From: an uncultured Holophagae bacterium
GTDB lineage: Bacteria > Acidobacteriota > Thermoanaerobaculia > Thermoanaerobaculales > Sulfomarinibacteraceae
DNA length: 64,000 nucleotides
Assembly (NCBI GenBank): GCA_963710645.1
Contig: CAVQBD010000009.1
Location: 1,679,338 to 1,743,337 of the forward strand
Direction: 5' to 3'
Part shown: piece by piece, positions 39,485 through 48,535 of the stretch
Layout: each line of letters starts with the position of its first letter
How positions within the stretch are numbered: position 1 is the stretch's first letter
Program-made: the position numbers and the translations under genes
The notes under the pieces: model-generated
Told to the model about the DNA's origin: nothing
Seen by the model: the letters and a program-made list of their open reading frames with translations, nothing else
Database searches by the model: none

Positions 39485-40486
39485 ATGATCAAAGCATGGG
39501 CGGCATTCGAAGCCGGTGGCGAACTCAAACCCTTCGAGTATGACCCGGGGCCGCTGGGACGCGACCAGGTGGAGATCGCGGTGGAGCACTGTGGAATCTG
39601 TCACAGCGATCTGAATATGATCGACGACGATTGGGGGATGGCGGAATTTCCGCTGGTTCCCGGTCACGAGGTGGCCGGCAGAGTCGCCCAGGTCGGTGAG
39701 GATGTCACCAACCTCGAAATTGGTCAGCGGGTCGGTCTGGGCTGGCACGCGGGTTACTGTATGACCTGTTCTTCCTGCATGGGAGGTGACCACAACCTGT
39801 GCGCCGCCGGACAGGGGACGATCGTGGGTCGCCACGGAGGCTTTGCCGACAAGGTCCGTGCCCAAGCTGCCAGCGTGGTTCCCCTGCCCGACGGAATCGA
39901 CTCCAAACACGCCGGGCCACTGTTCTGCGGCGGCATCACCGTTTTTAATCCGCTGCTCCAGTTCGATGTCAAACCCACCCATCGGGTGGGGGTCATCGGC
40001 ATTGGGGGTCTCGGCCACATGGCCCTGCAGTTTCTCCATGCCTGGGGCTGCGAGGTGACGGCCTTCACGTCGAGCGACGCCAAGAAGGCGGAGGCGCTCG
40101 AGATGGGGGCTCATCGGACCGTCAATTCGCGAGACCCCGACCAGCTCGAAGCGGCGGCCGGTGAATTCGACCTCATCCTGTCAACCGTCAATGTCAAACT
40201 CGACTGGGACGCTTATGTTGCGGCGCTCCGGCCCAAGGGGCGGCTGCACCTCGTGGGGGCGACGCTCGACCCGCTCGATATCGGCGTCTTCCCGTTGATC
40301 GTGGGACAGCGGTCCGTCTCCGGGTCACCGGTGGGGAGCCCCGCCGCCATCGCCACCATGCTCGAGTTTGCCGCCCGGCACGACATCAAGCCCGTCATCG
40401 AGATCTTTCCGTGGGACCGGGTCAACGACGCCATCGAACACCTGCGGAGCGGCAAGGCCCGCTACCGGATCGTCCTCAGCTCGTAG
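39485..40486 (+). CDS. Zn-dependent medium-chain alcohol dehydrogenase (cinnamyl-alcohol/YahK-like)
   Basis: [10 protein letters not shown] and GHEVAGRV zinc-ligand blocks. GIGGLGH Rossmann motif. SD GAGGAGG before ATG 39485. Confidence 0.88.
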   Translation: MIKAWAAFEAGGELKPFEYDPGPLGRDQVEIAVEHCGICHSDLNMIDDDWGMAEFPLVPGHEVAGRVAQVGEDVTNLEIGQRVGLGWHAGYCMTCSSCMGGDHNLCAAGQGTIVGRHGGFADKVRAQAASVVPLPDGIDSKHAGPLFCGGITVFNPLLQFDVKPTHRVGVIGIGGLGHMALQFLHAWGCEVTAFTSSDAKKAEALEMGAHRTVNSRDPDQLEAAAGEFDLILSTVNVKLDWDAYVAALRPKGRLHLVGATLDPLDIGVFPLIVGQRSVSGSPVGSPAAIATMLEFAARHDIKPVIEIFPWDRVNDAIEHLRSGKARYRIVLSS

Positions 40487-40584
40487 TCGTCATTGCAGCG
40501 GACGATCGAATCACGTGTCCCATGAGCTCGTACGGGCACCGTTGAGGGCCGAGGTGGCGGCCACAATATCCTGTCGGCGCCCGG

Positions 40585-41148
40585 TCAGCGGGCGTTCGCC
40601 CGACTCGGGATCAGCTTCTTCGACCTGGGCAGATACCGGTTGTTGCTGACGAAGCGCATGTCCTCGATGGTGTAGAAGGCTCTGGGGTTGTGGGACTTGA
40701 TGATGTTGACGACCTCGGTGACGGTGCTGCGCTTCAGAATCACGAACAGGATCCCGACCTCGCCGTCGCGACCCTGACCGGCCACGGATGTCACCGGGAA
40801 CCCTCGTTTCCTCAAATCATCGATCAGACCGTTGGCATCGGTTCGGGTGACGACTCTGATCAGCTCGTACCCCAGGGCCAGCTTTTCTTCGATGCGCATG
40901 CCGATATAAGTGCCGAGGCCGAATCCGCCGGCATACCCGACATATGCCGTCCAGTTGTCGAGGTTGACCATGACCCTGGAGATGGTGATGACCCAGACCA
41001 GGGACTGGAAAAAGCCGATCACCGGCGCGTGGTTTCGATAGCCCTTGGCCACCATGATCAGCCGGATGGTGTCCATAGAGACGTCCACCACTCGTGCCAG
41101 GAGGATCAACATCGGCAGAATCAGGTAATCGAAGAGGACAGGTTCCAT
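40585..41148 (-). CDS. UPF0316 / DUF2179-domain membrane protein
   Basis: 187 aa. Three N-terminal TM segments followed by a soluble domain (YELIRVVTRTDANGLIDDLRKRGFPVTSVAGQGRDGEVGILFVILKR). This resembles Bacillus UPF0316 proteins. Confidence 0.8.
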   Translation of the reverse strand: MEPVLFDYLILPMLILLARVVDVSMDTIRLIMVAKGYRNHAPVIGFFQSLVWVITISRVMVNLDNWTAYVGYAGGFGLGTYIGMRIEEKLALGYELIRVVTRTDANGLIDDLRKRGFPVTSVAGQGRDGEVGILFVILKRSTVTEVVNIIKSHNPRAFYTIEDMRFVSNNRYLPRSKKLIPSRANAR

Positions 41149-41466
41149 GGGGGCTCAATCCAAATCTAGGCGGGTGTTCTGGTTGTTGTTTCTTACGAAC
41201 GTTCCGAGTGTGGCGGGGGGAGGGTCATGGCGTGATTTTCGATTCTCCCGCTCGGGTCTCCGCCCGCGGTCGGTGCGCACCATACTCCAGGTGGAGCCGT
41301 CGTTCAACACCAGGCGGAAACCCTTGGCCAGGTTGCACCGGGGAAGAACCAGGTTTTTGGCGGGGACGGGCGGCGCCGGCGGCGTCAACCGGACGGTTCG
41401 CTCAACCGGGGCAGGGACACCTTGGGTGTGCCGTGGGGCGGAGGGCTAGGAATCCGGCGGCGAAAC

Positions 41467-41490
41467 GCGGGGCGGCGTGAACCGCCCCGC
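41467..41490 (-). terminator. Possible terminator hairpin after 41509..42996
   Basis: GCGGGGCGG cgtgaa CCGCCCCGC (9-bp stem), 19 nt past the stop. The trailing minus-strand sequence GTTTCG is a weak U-tract. Confidence 0.45.
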
Positions 41491-41508
41491 GACCCGTGAG
41501 ATATTCGT

Positions 41509-42996
41509 TTACTGGAACGGTGGGGGTGTTCTCCCCGGGCTCCGCCCGATCAACGTCGGGTCCGAGGTGACGTTGTCGTTGACGCTTGCCGTGATCCGCC
41601 AAGAGGTATTGGATGGGGTGGAGTTGTATCGGACGTGGGCTTGCGCGGTGGAGGTCGTGACATCGCCCATGCCCACCGCGTTGAAGATGTTGTTGATCTG
41701 GAAGGAGCCGCGTCCCGTGAACTCGCCGCTCGCGGTTCTGCCGGACTCCGGGTCCCACAGGTTGACCGTCAACACCACCTCGTCGGCGGCGAATGGTGTC
41801 GGCATCACGAGCAGGTTGGTGCGGTTGTCGGGGCCGTTCTTGAGGCCGAAGATCGTCTGGGAGCAGCAGCTGGCGCCGGTGTAGAGGTAGCCGAACGGCA
41901 TTTGAGTGCCAAAGGCGCCGCCGTCGGAGCCGCCCACATTGCTGGTCACCAACCGGGCCGCGTCGTAGGTCTGTGCATCGTAGTAGTACATTCCGCCGAG
42001 AGAGATCATGCCGGAACCGGTGTTCGGCGCCCCCGTGAGTTCGCGAACGACATTGTCGTACATCACGGACTCGAAGGAGTCGAGACGCAGAATGTGCTCG
42101 CCGTCGGGGACCCCGGTGGTGTTGGAATTCGAGAAGTACCTGAGGGTCAGATAGAGGTTGTGGTAGTAGGGATTGGTGATCCGCAGCTCGCTCTGCCACT
42201 GGCTCCCGAAGGCGCCGCTGGCGTCGGCCGCGCCCGGAGCCCATGCCCAGCCGTAGCGGCTGTCGGTGGGAGAACACCAGCCGTCCACCGACTGATACAC
42301 GTCGCGCACCGGCGTCATTCCGTCGCTCGCAGCAAACCTCAGGCTCCAGTATTTGTAGGCGTGGTCGGGGTCGCCGTAGGGTCCGAGCTGGGGGTAGTAG
42401 ACCTTGACGAGCAGCTGGTTCCAGCCCTCCCTCAGGCTGACGGGCACCTGGTGGGCTCCCTCGGCGTAGGCGGCCGGGGCGTCCTGGCGGAGGACCTCGT
42501 CGCCGTTGAGCCACACCCGGATGCCGTCATCGGCGCCCACCAGCATCACCACATTTCTCGCAGTCGCCGACTCCACCTGTGTCAGGAAGTACTGGACGAC
42601 GTCCCTATTGTCCGCCGGGGCGTCGTAGTACGCCACATAGACGCGGCCGTCCAACTGCGCCGCGTCAGAGGTCCAGGCCGTCGGCGCGCCGTCGGTGCCG
42701 CCCAGCGGTCCCCCGGAGCACGACGGCGAGACCGCCGCCTCGTCGATCAGATCATCGTCGAGGGTCCCGTTGACGCCGTAGGAGGGGGTCAGCCAGCGGA
42801 TGATGAATTGTCCTTCAACCGATTCGTAGGCTTTCCCCGCCGGCGAGTCCATCTGGGTCTCGGCAGCGGGCCGGATGATTCGGCCCCCATCGATGTAGGG
42901 CGCTTGGGTGGGTGTTTCGGCGCCTGCGGGGCCGCTCAGCACGATCGCGAGCGACGCGGCGGCCACAATGAATGTGTTGGATCGTCGATTCATCAT
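41509..42996 (-). CDS. Secreted protein with a PA14/lectin-like segment and the shared unassigned C-terminal module
   Basis: 495 aa. SD AAGGAGAA. Signal peptide MMNRRSNTFIVAAASLAIVLSGPAGA. VMLVGADDGIRVWLNGDEVL..EGWNQLLVKVY. The last 250 aa or so begin APGAADASGAFGSQWQSELRITN and end SVNDNVTSDP. Confidence 0.75.
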   Translation of the reverse strand: MMNRRSNTFIVAAASLAIVLSGPAGAETPTQAPYIDGGRIIRPAAETQMDSPAGKAYESVEGQFIIRWLTPSYGVNGTLDDDLIDEAAVSPSCSGGPLGGTDGAPTAWTSDAAQLDGRVYVAYYDAPADNRDVVQYFLTQVESATARNVVMLVGADDGIRVWLNGDEVLRQDAPAAYAEGAHQVPVSLREGWNQLLVKVYYPQLGPYGDPDHAYKYWSLRFAASDGMTPVRDVYQSVDGWCSPTDSRYGWAWAPGAADASGAFGSQWQSELRITNPYYHNLYLTLRYFSNSNTTGVPDGEHILRLDSFESVMYDNVVRELTGAPNTGSGMISLGGMYYYDAQTYDAARLVTSNVGGSDGGAFGTQMPFGYLYTGASCCSQTIFGLKNGPDNRTNLLVMPTPFAADEVVLTVNLWDPESGRTASGEFTGRGSFQINNIFNAVGMGDVTTSTAQAHVRYNSTPSNTSWRITASVNDNVTSDPTLIGRSPGRTPPPFQ

Positions 42997-43141
42997 ATTC
43001 TCCTTTTCAGCCAGAGAAGCGACAGATCAACCAAGATCGGGTCAAATGGAAACGACGAATCCCCGAGAGGTGTCAGGTGTGTGTCTGTTCAAACACTGCC
43101 GATGGTGCGCGACTGGAAGCTGATGATGCCTGCAGCCCAGG

Positions 43142-44860
43142 TCACTCCTCGACGTGAGTCACCACATCGTCCTCGCCTGGAACGGGGTGCAACCATCCCG
43201 TGCAGCCGGGCATCCTGAAGGCGCTGATTCGGGTGCGCCAGTCGGACGGCCCCGACGTCTCGATGTACTCCCCAGTGAACCAAAAGGTGCAGTTGTCCGT
43301 CGGGTCCACCTCCATGGACGAGTAGTCCCCCCATGCAGCGGTCCCGTCCGCATAGCCGCTGCCGGAGATCTGGGTCGCTTCGGCGAGGAAGTGCGGACTG
43401 TCCACCGGCCGGACCGTGTAGCGCAGCGACGGGTAGATGCCGGCCTGGGCGTTGACCACGTTGTACCCCATGGCCATGTTGCCGCTGCCGTCGAGTGCGA
43501 CGCTGGGCATCCACCGGTGGGAGTCGTCGGGGGCGAAGGTCCCCTGATACGCGATCTCCCAGTCGCTCCCGTTGCTGCGACGAAGCTCGAACCACCGCAG
43601 CGCCGCGTGCTTGCCTTCGGCCACCGCATTGACCGTCCATACCCCGACCAGGGTCTCGTAACGACCCAGGTTGCGGTACTGCAGCCGCTGCATGGGCAAC
43701 CACGACAGGCTGTCGATCATCTGCGGGGTGCCGGGCTGTTCGAGACACTCGCCCCGAACCGTCCTGTCGCACACCGTCCAGTTGAACTCGGCGAATTCGG
43801 GCGGCGTGAAGCTCTGGGTGTGGGTCCATCTCGACTGCTCGGGATTCTCCCAATCAACGGAGAATTCATACAGATCAAGGGTGTCCACCGGAGTGCCGGG
43901 GATAAAATAGTCCTCACCGCCGTCACGGAAGGTATAGAAGATCCCCGGCGATCCGGCCGGCGCCGGTCGAGAGCCGTCAAGATCGGCGGGCATCATGAAG
44001 TTGGGATTTCCAGTGAACATCTGAGCGGGACGCGGCGGCGTGCCCGCGAGCAGGTTCTCGCGGTCGACGGCATAGACGTCAAAAGTCCCCAACGGTCCGG
44101 GGTTGGTGCTGATGAAGTACGCGTTGTGGACCGTGTCGGGCCACACACCGACCTTGGGATAGTCCGGCGTGCCCACGGTCTCGAGTTCATAAAGAAAGTA
44201 GTCCCCGGTGGGGTCCGGGCTCCTTGACACCGCCATACAGGCGACGAGACCTGGTGACGACACAAAGGCGAGGTGGGTCAGAACCCAGCGATCGGCCGCT
44301 TCATCGTAGACAATGATCGGGTCGGCATAGATGTCGCTCGCGCAGTGACTCCCGGTGTCGGCCCAGAGGGCGTTTGTAGGGGTGGGTCCGGTGAGCGGCG
44401 TACCCTGTTTGTCGAAGATCCGGAAGGCGACGTTGACCGTCTGGAAATAGTGGTCCGGCCCCACGGCGCCTTCGGAATCCGGCGGCCCCACGATCGTCGA
44501 CGGCAGTCCGTCAAAGTCAACCGAGAGGCCGGGCGACTGTGACCCACCGCCGCTCCACAGCAGGCTTTGGAGGGCAAGGGGGTCGTCGATCCTCAAAGCG
44601 TGAGGACCGTGTCCGGTCTCCGGGTCATGGACTCCAGCACGGTCGGAGGGCGGTTCTCGATCCACCTCGAAAAACACCGTCTTGGGCTGGCCGGTGAGAT
44701 CGATGGACGGCAGGTCCCGAACGGCGCCGCTGATTCCGTAACAGACCGTCTTCACCAGCCTCGGGTTGTCACTCCACTGGTCGGCGGCCAGAGCCGCCAG
44801 CTGACCGAGCGAGAGTATCCCGGTGGCCAGCACACACACGACGAGTAGATACCGTCTCAT
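43142..44860 (-). CDS. Secreted hypothetical protein (572 aa)
   Basis: ATG 44860 with SD AGGAGG. Signal peptide MRRYLLVVCVLATGILSLGQLAALA. Strong coding signal. No family recognised. Same strand as, and 145 nt upstream of, 41509..42996. Confidence 0.7.
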   Translation of the reverse strand: MRRYLLVVCVLATGILSLGQLAALAADQWSDNPRLVKTVCYGISGAVRDLPSIDLTGQPKTVFFEVDREPPSDRAGVHDPETGHGPHALRIDDPLALQSLLWSGGGSQSPGLSVDFDGLPSTIVGPPDSEGAVGPDHYFQTVNVAFRIFDKQGTPLTGPTPTNALWADTGSHCASDIYADPIIVYDEAADRWVLTHLAFVSSPGLVACMAVSRSPDPTGDYFLYELETVGTPDYPKVGVWPDTVHNAYFISTNPGPLGTFDVYAVDRENLLAGTPPRPAQMFTGNPNFMMPADLDGSRPAPAGSPGIFYTFRDGGEDYFIPGTPVDTLDLYEFSVDWENPEQSRWTHTQSFTPPEFAEFNWTVCDRTVRGECLEQPGTPQMIDSLSWLPMQRLQYRNLGRYETLVGVWTVNAVAEGKHAALRWFELRRSNGSDWEIAYQGTFAPDDSHRWMPSVALDGSGNMAMGYNVVNAQAGIYPSLRYTVRPVDSPHFLAEATQISGSGYADGTAAWGDYSSMEVDPTDNCTFWFTGEYIETSGPSDWRTRISAFRMPGCTGWLHPVPGEDDVVTHVEE

Positions 44861-45179
44861 CTCGGTCCTCCTGGTTGTTGGGGCCCTCATGGGAGTGTAC
44901 TGCAGAAATCCAACTGCCCTCCCTCGATGATGTCGCCGCTCGGGTCGAGGCTGTGTTGTTGCGATGTGCGATGACTCCAAGGCAGATCGGCGTGCGGGTC
45001 AGCGCGGTTTTTGAATGGACCGTGTGGCGCACCGGGCGAATGAGTGCTCCATGAAACCCCAACCCCGTACCCCGTATATTCACTGGAACGAACATCTCAA
45101 CCGTGTGAAGCGACATGAGGCCGTCGAATGTTGTCGCATGCGGCACCGATTGCTGTGAAAAGGGATTTGGGAGGACGGC

Positions 45180-46907
45180 ATGAGTCGTTGGGACCGCTTT
45201 TTTCAGATGGTTTTTGGCGGCATCGTGCTCACGGCGGTGGTGTTGCCCTGTGATGCCCAACAATGGAGTGGCTACGTGTCGGCACCGGACGGTGTGCAAC
45301 TGGCGACCGATGTCTACCTGCCCGTTGGGAACGGCCCCTGGCCTGTGGTTCTGACGCGCACCCCATATAACAAACGAGATCCTGGACACTACGGTCCCTG
45401 GTGTCAGACTCTCGCGCAAAACGGCTACGCCTGCGTTGCGCAGGACTGCCGGGGACGCTTCGAATCGGGAGGAGCCGACACCATCTTCCGCGACGCTGGA
45501 CGCGACGGTCGCGCCACCATCGAGTGGATCGCCGACCAGAATTGGTGCAACGGCTCGATTGCCAGTGTCGGTGGATCGGCCATGGGTGTGACCGGCTATG
45601 CCATGGCGCCAGGGGCGCCGCCCGAGCTGAAATGTATTGTCGCCGCGGTCGCCACCCCGGACATCTACGGCCACATTTTCTCTCGCGGCGGCACCGTGCA
45701 CTGGGAGCTGGCGTACAACTGGTTGGAGGGGCAGGGATCGATCGGTGCATTCGACGATTTCCTCGAGCATCGGTTGCGGGATGAATGGTGGAACGACTAC
45801 GACTGGTTGTCCTCGCCGAACACCGTCAACGTCAAGACCCTTCATTTTGGGGGCTGGTGGGACCTCTATATCCAGGGGCCCATCGACGCGTTTCATGAGT
45901 ACCGACACAACGGCGGCCCGGGAGCAGCGGGCAACCAGTACCTCATCATGGGGCCATGGCACCACTTCTCGTTGGACGCAGACTGGATGGCGCAGACATT
46001 CCCAGGTGACCGGGTGACAGGTGAGCTCAGATTCCCTGACAACGCTTTCCCGGGCGGCTGGCCGTTTGCTGACGATGGGTGGGGGATGCTGCTCGACTGG
46101 CTTGGTTTTTGTCTCGAGGATGAGCCCACCCGGGCGGCTTCTTGGCCCGAGGTCCAGGTCTACCTGATGGGAGCCGTCGGTGAGTCGGATGCACCGGGAA
46201 ATCGGTGGCTCGGCCTCCGAGACTGGCCTCCCCGAACCTCAGACGTGCCCTACTATCTGACCGCTCAGGGTGATTTGACCCGGACCGTTCCGAACGACGG
46301 CCAGCTGATGTTGGAGATTGACCCCGGCGATCCGGTGCCGACCCTTGGCGGAGCCAATCACTTCGCGGACATCGAGGTGGACGACCGGCCAATGGGAATC
46401 GGCCCATATGATCAGCGTTCGTTGGAGGAACGTGACGATCTCCTGACCTTCACCAGCCCGGTGCTCGGCGAACCGGTCACGGTGGCGGGCCGAGTTCGTT
46501 GCCGACTGTGGATCCGCCCCGATTCTCCGGACCTCGACCTGAGTGTTCGCCTCACCGACGTCTACCCCGACGGGCGTTCCATGCACGTGCTCGACTCCGT
46601 CCAGCGCGCCCGGATGCGCTGCGGTGACGACCGTGAGTGTCTGCTCGTGCCCGGAGAGCCAACCTTGATCGAGGTCGATCTGTGGTCAACGGCCATCGTA
46701 TTCAACGCCGGACATCAGATCCGCGTGGCCGTTGCCGGGTCGAACTGGCCCCGGTTCGAGGTCAATCCGAACGATGGCGGCGATCTCAGGACGGGCACAC
46801 CCACGGTGGTGCATCCCACACTGTTGTTCGGCGACCAGTACCCGTCCGCCCTTCATCTTCCGGTCATCCCCCCGCCGCGCCAACCGCACGGAAGGCGAAC
46901 TCCGTAG
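45180..46907 (+). CDS. CocE/NonD family (S15 X-Pro dipeptidyl-peptidase-like) hydrolase, secreted
   Basis: DGVQLATDVYLP..PVVLTRTPYNK, GYACVAQDCRGRFESGG and nucleophile elbow VGGSAMG. C-terminal beta-sandwich region. SD GGGAGGA. N-terminal signal peptide. Confidence 0.85.
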   Translation: MSRWDRFFQMVFGGIVLTAVVLPCDAQQWSGYVSAPDGVQLATDVYLPVGNGPWPVVLTRTPYNKRDPGHYGPWCQTLAQNGYACVAQDCRGRFESGGADTIFRDAGRDGRATIEWIADQNWCNGSIASVGGSAMGVTGYAMAPGAPPELKCIVAAVATPDIYGHIFSRGGTVHWELAYNWLEGQGSIGAFDDFLEHRLRDEWWNDYDWLSSPNTVNVKTLHFGGWWDLYIQGPIDAFHEYRHNGGPGAAGNQYLIMGPWHHFSLDADWMAQTFPGDRVTGELRFPDNAFPGGWPFADDGWGMLLDWLGFCLEDEPTRAASWPEVQVYLMGAVGESDAPGNRWLGLRDWPPRTSDVPYYLTAQGDLTRTVPNDGQLMLEIDPGDPVPTLGGANHFADIEVDDRPMGIGPYDQRSLEERDDLLTFTSPVLGEPVTVAGRVRCRLWIRPDSPDLDLSVRLTDVYPDGRSMHVLDSVQRARMRCGDDRECLLVPGEPTLIEVDLWSTAIVFNAGHQIRVAVAGSNWPRFEVNPNDGGDLRTGTPTVVHPTLLFGDQYPSALHLPVIPPPRQPHGRRTP

Positions 46908-47035
46908 TCCGAGGAGGGTCGAGGACGCCACCGTTGAGGTGTTAGGATTGACCGAACAGATGGGTGATTCCCCAAGATGGCGACGAGTTCTTCTGCAGAA
47001 TGTCGAACGGAACTGGGGACAGAGGGAGGCCCGCC

Positions 47036-48031
47036 GTGATCTCCAGGATGGTCCAAGTGTTGGGCGTTGCTGTCATCGTCGCGGTATGTGTCTCCTGCGG
47101 CGCGGAATCGAGGCACGGGCCCGGCGACTCGGCAGCGGGGAATTCAAACGCCTTGCGGGGGGAAATGAAGATGGCCGACCGAATCTGTCTGGTGACCGGT
47201 GCGACCTCGGGTATCGGCAAGGTCACGGCTGCTGCCCTGGCTGAGGAGGGGGCAACCGTCATTGTGGTGAGCCGCGACGAGAAACGGTGCGCCGACACCG
47301 TGGACGAGATCCGTGCTTCCAGCGGCAATCCAGCCGTGGAATACATACGGGCGGACCTGTCCGATCTCAGCCAGGTGCGTGAGCTCGCCGAGCAGGTCAA
47401 CGGCAGCTATCCGCGTCTGGATGTCCTGGTCAATAATGCGGGGGCGTATTTTCTCAAGCGCCTGGAGAGCGCCGACGGGTATGAAATGACGTTGGCGCTG
47501 AACTACTTGAGCCCCTTTATGCTGACCAATCTTCTGCTTCCGTCGCTCGAGGCAAGCGAGTCCGCCCGTGTCATCAATGTCGCGTCCAACGCCCACAAAC
47601 AGGGAGTCATCGATTTCGACGACCTCCAGTCGCAGAACGATTACGTGGGTCTGCAGGCCTATGCCCAGTCGAAGCTGGCGTTGGTCTTGTTCACTTACGA
47701 ACTTGCGAGGCAGTTAGAGGGCAGCGCCGTGACCGTCAACGCACTTACCCCGGGCCTCGTGGCCACCCGTTTCGGAAGAAACAACGGCTGGTTGAGATTT
47801 CATGTGCGACGACTCGTAAGACGGGAGATCAGCCCCGAGGAGGGTGCGCAGACGAGCATTTACCTCGCCACCTCAGCGGAGGTTGAGGGAGTCACCGGGA
47901 ATTACTATTCCAAGAGCAAACCGGCGAAATCATCCGAAAGCTCTCATGATCTCGATCTCGCGGCCCGCTTGTGGCAGGTCAGCAGCGATTTGACGGGGTT
48001 GGACAATACAGAAGACGACTCCCCTCCGTGA
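47036..48031 (+). CDS. Short-chain dehydrogenase/reductase (retinol-dehydrogenase-like SDR)
   Basis: TGATSGIGK, NNAG and the catalytic YAQSKLA (YxxxK). Start uncertain: GTG 47036 (GGGAGG SD, which gives a hydrophobic N-terminus), ATG 47048, or ATG 47165/47171. Confidence 0.8.
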   Translation: MISRMVQVLGVAVIVAVCVSCGAESRHGPGDSAAGNSNALRGEMKMADRICLVTGATSGIGKVTAAALAEEGATVIVVSRDEKRCADTVDEIRASSGNPAVEYIRADLSDLSQVRELAEQVNGSYPRLDVLVNNAGAYFLKRLESADGYEMTLALNYLSPFMLTNLLLPSLEASESARVINVASNAHKQGVIDFDDLQSQNDYVGLQAYAQSKLALVLFTYELARQLEGSAVTVNALTPGLVATRFGRNNGWLRFHVRRLVRREISPEEGAQTSIYLATSAEVEGVTGNYYSKSKPAKSSESSHDLDLAARLWQVSSDLTGLDNTEDDSPP

Positions 48032-48083
48032 ATCACGGGGATTCCGTTTCAGGGGCGGGTGGGGACCGTGAGCAGGTGGTCGG

Positions 48084-48440
48084 TTAAAACGGCTTGGCAA
48101 CCGCCAGCCAGGCGGCGACCCCGCCCAGGGCGGGCAACATGAGCCACAGTACAGGCGTCCACTCCGGCCGGCGCCGGAGCGGCCACGCCGATGCGGCGAG
48201 CAGTATCCAGAGGCCGACCTTCAGCCAGGCCCAGGTGGGGATTTTCCCGAAGAAGCCGAGCCGCGCCAGAAGGCCGAAACCGGCCACCAGAATCACCGCC
48301 GCCGACACGCCGTGGACGATGCTGGCGAGCTTTCTCAGACGAGCGTCGGCGCTTTGACCGAGCACGGCCAGGCTGCCCAGCGAGGTGAATAGAAAGAGAA
48401 TCGCGACCAGGTGCAGGATCTTGTACGTCAGGTAGCTCAC
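48084..48440 (-). CDS. Small 4-TM membrane protein (tentatively SirB2/YchQ-like)
   Basis: GTG 48440 with AAGGAGG 5 nt upstream. 118 aa. In the ORF track it appears only as the tail of the chimeric 606-aa ORF 48084..49904. Confidence 0.6.
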   Translation of the reverse strand: MSYLTYKILHLVAILFLFTSLGSLAVLGQSADARLRKLASIVHGVSAAVILVAGFGLLARLGFFGKIPTWAWLKVGLWILLAASAWPLRRRPEWTPVLWLMLPALGGVAAWLAVAKPF

Positions 48441-48535
48441 AAGCGCCTCCTTGAGGTCATAACAGCGGCGAGGGAAGAGCCTTTCCAGAGAGACCCTCGG
48501 ACGGGGGGATGCCAAACCCCGACGGTGGGTCAAAC

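Noticed and set aside
41149-41466. ORFs in the 360-nt gap (41147..41449 +, 41155..41388 -) as possible genes or relics.
   Set aside because: The translations are Arg/Gly/Pro-rich with no motifs, no SD and no codon bias that I could see. Treated as non-coding, possibly a degraded remnant.
47036-47170. A lipoprotein-like signal (VAVCVSCG) on an NAD(P)-dependent SDR, implying an exported dehydrogenase.
   Set aside because: Start-codon choice is ambiguous: downstream ATGs at 47165/47171 give a standard cytoplasmic SDR. The hydrophobic stretch could equally be a membrane anchor. Not enough evidence to claim export.
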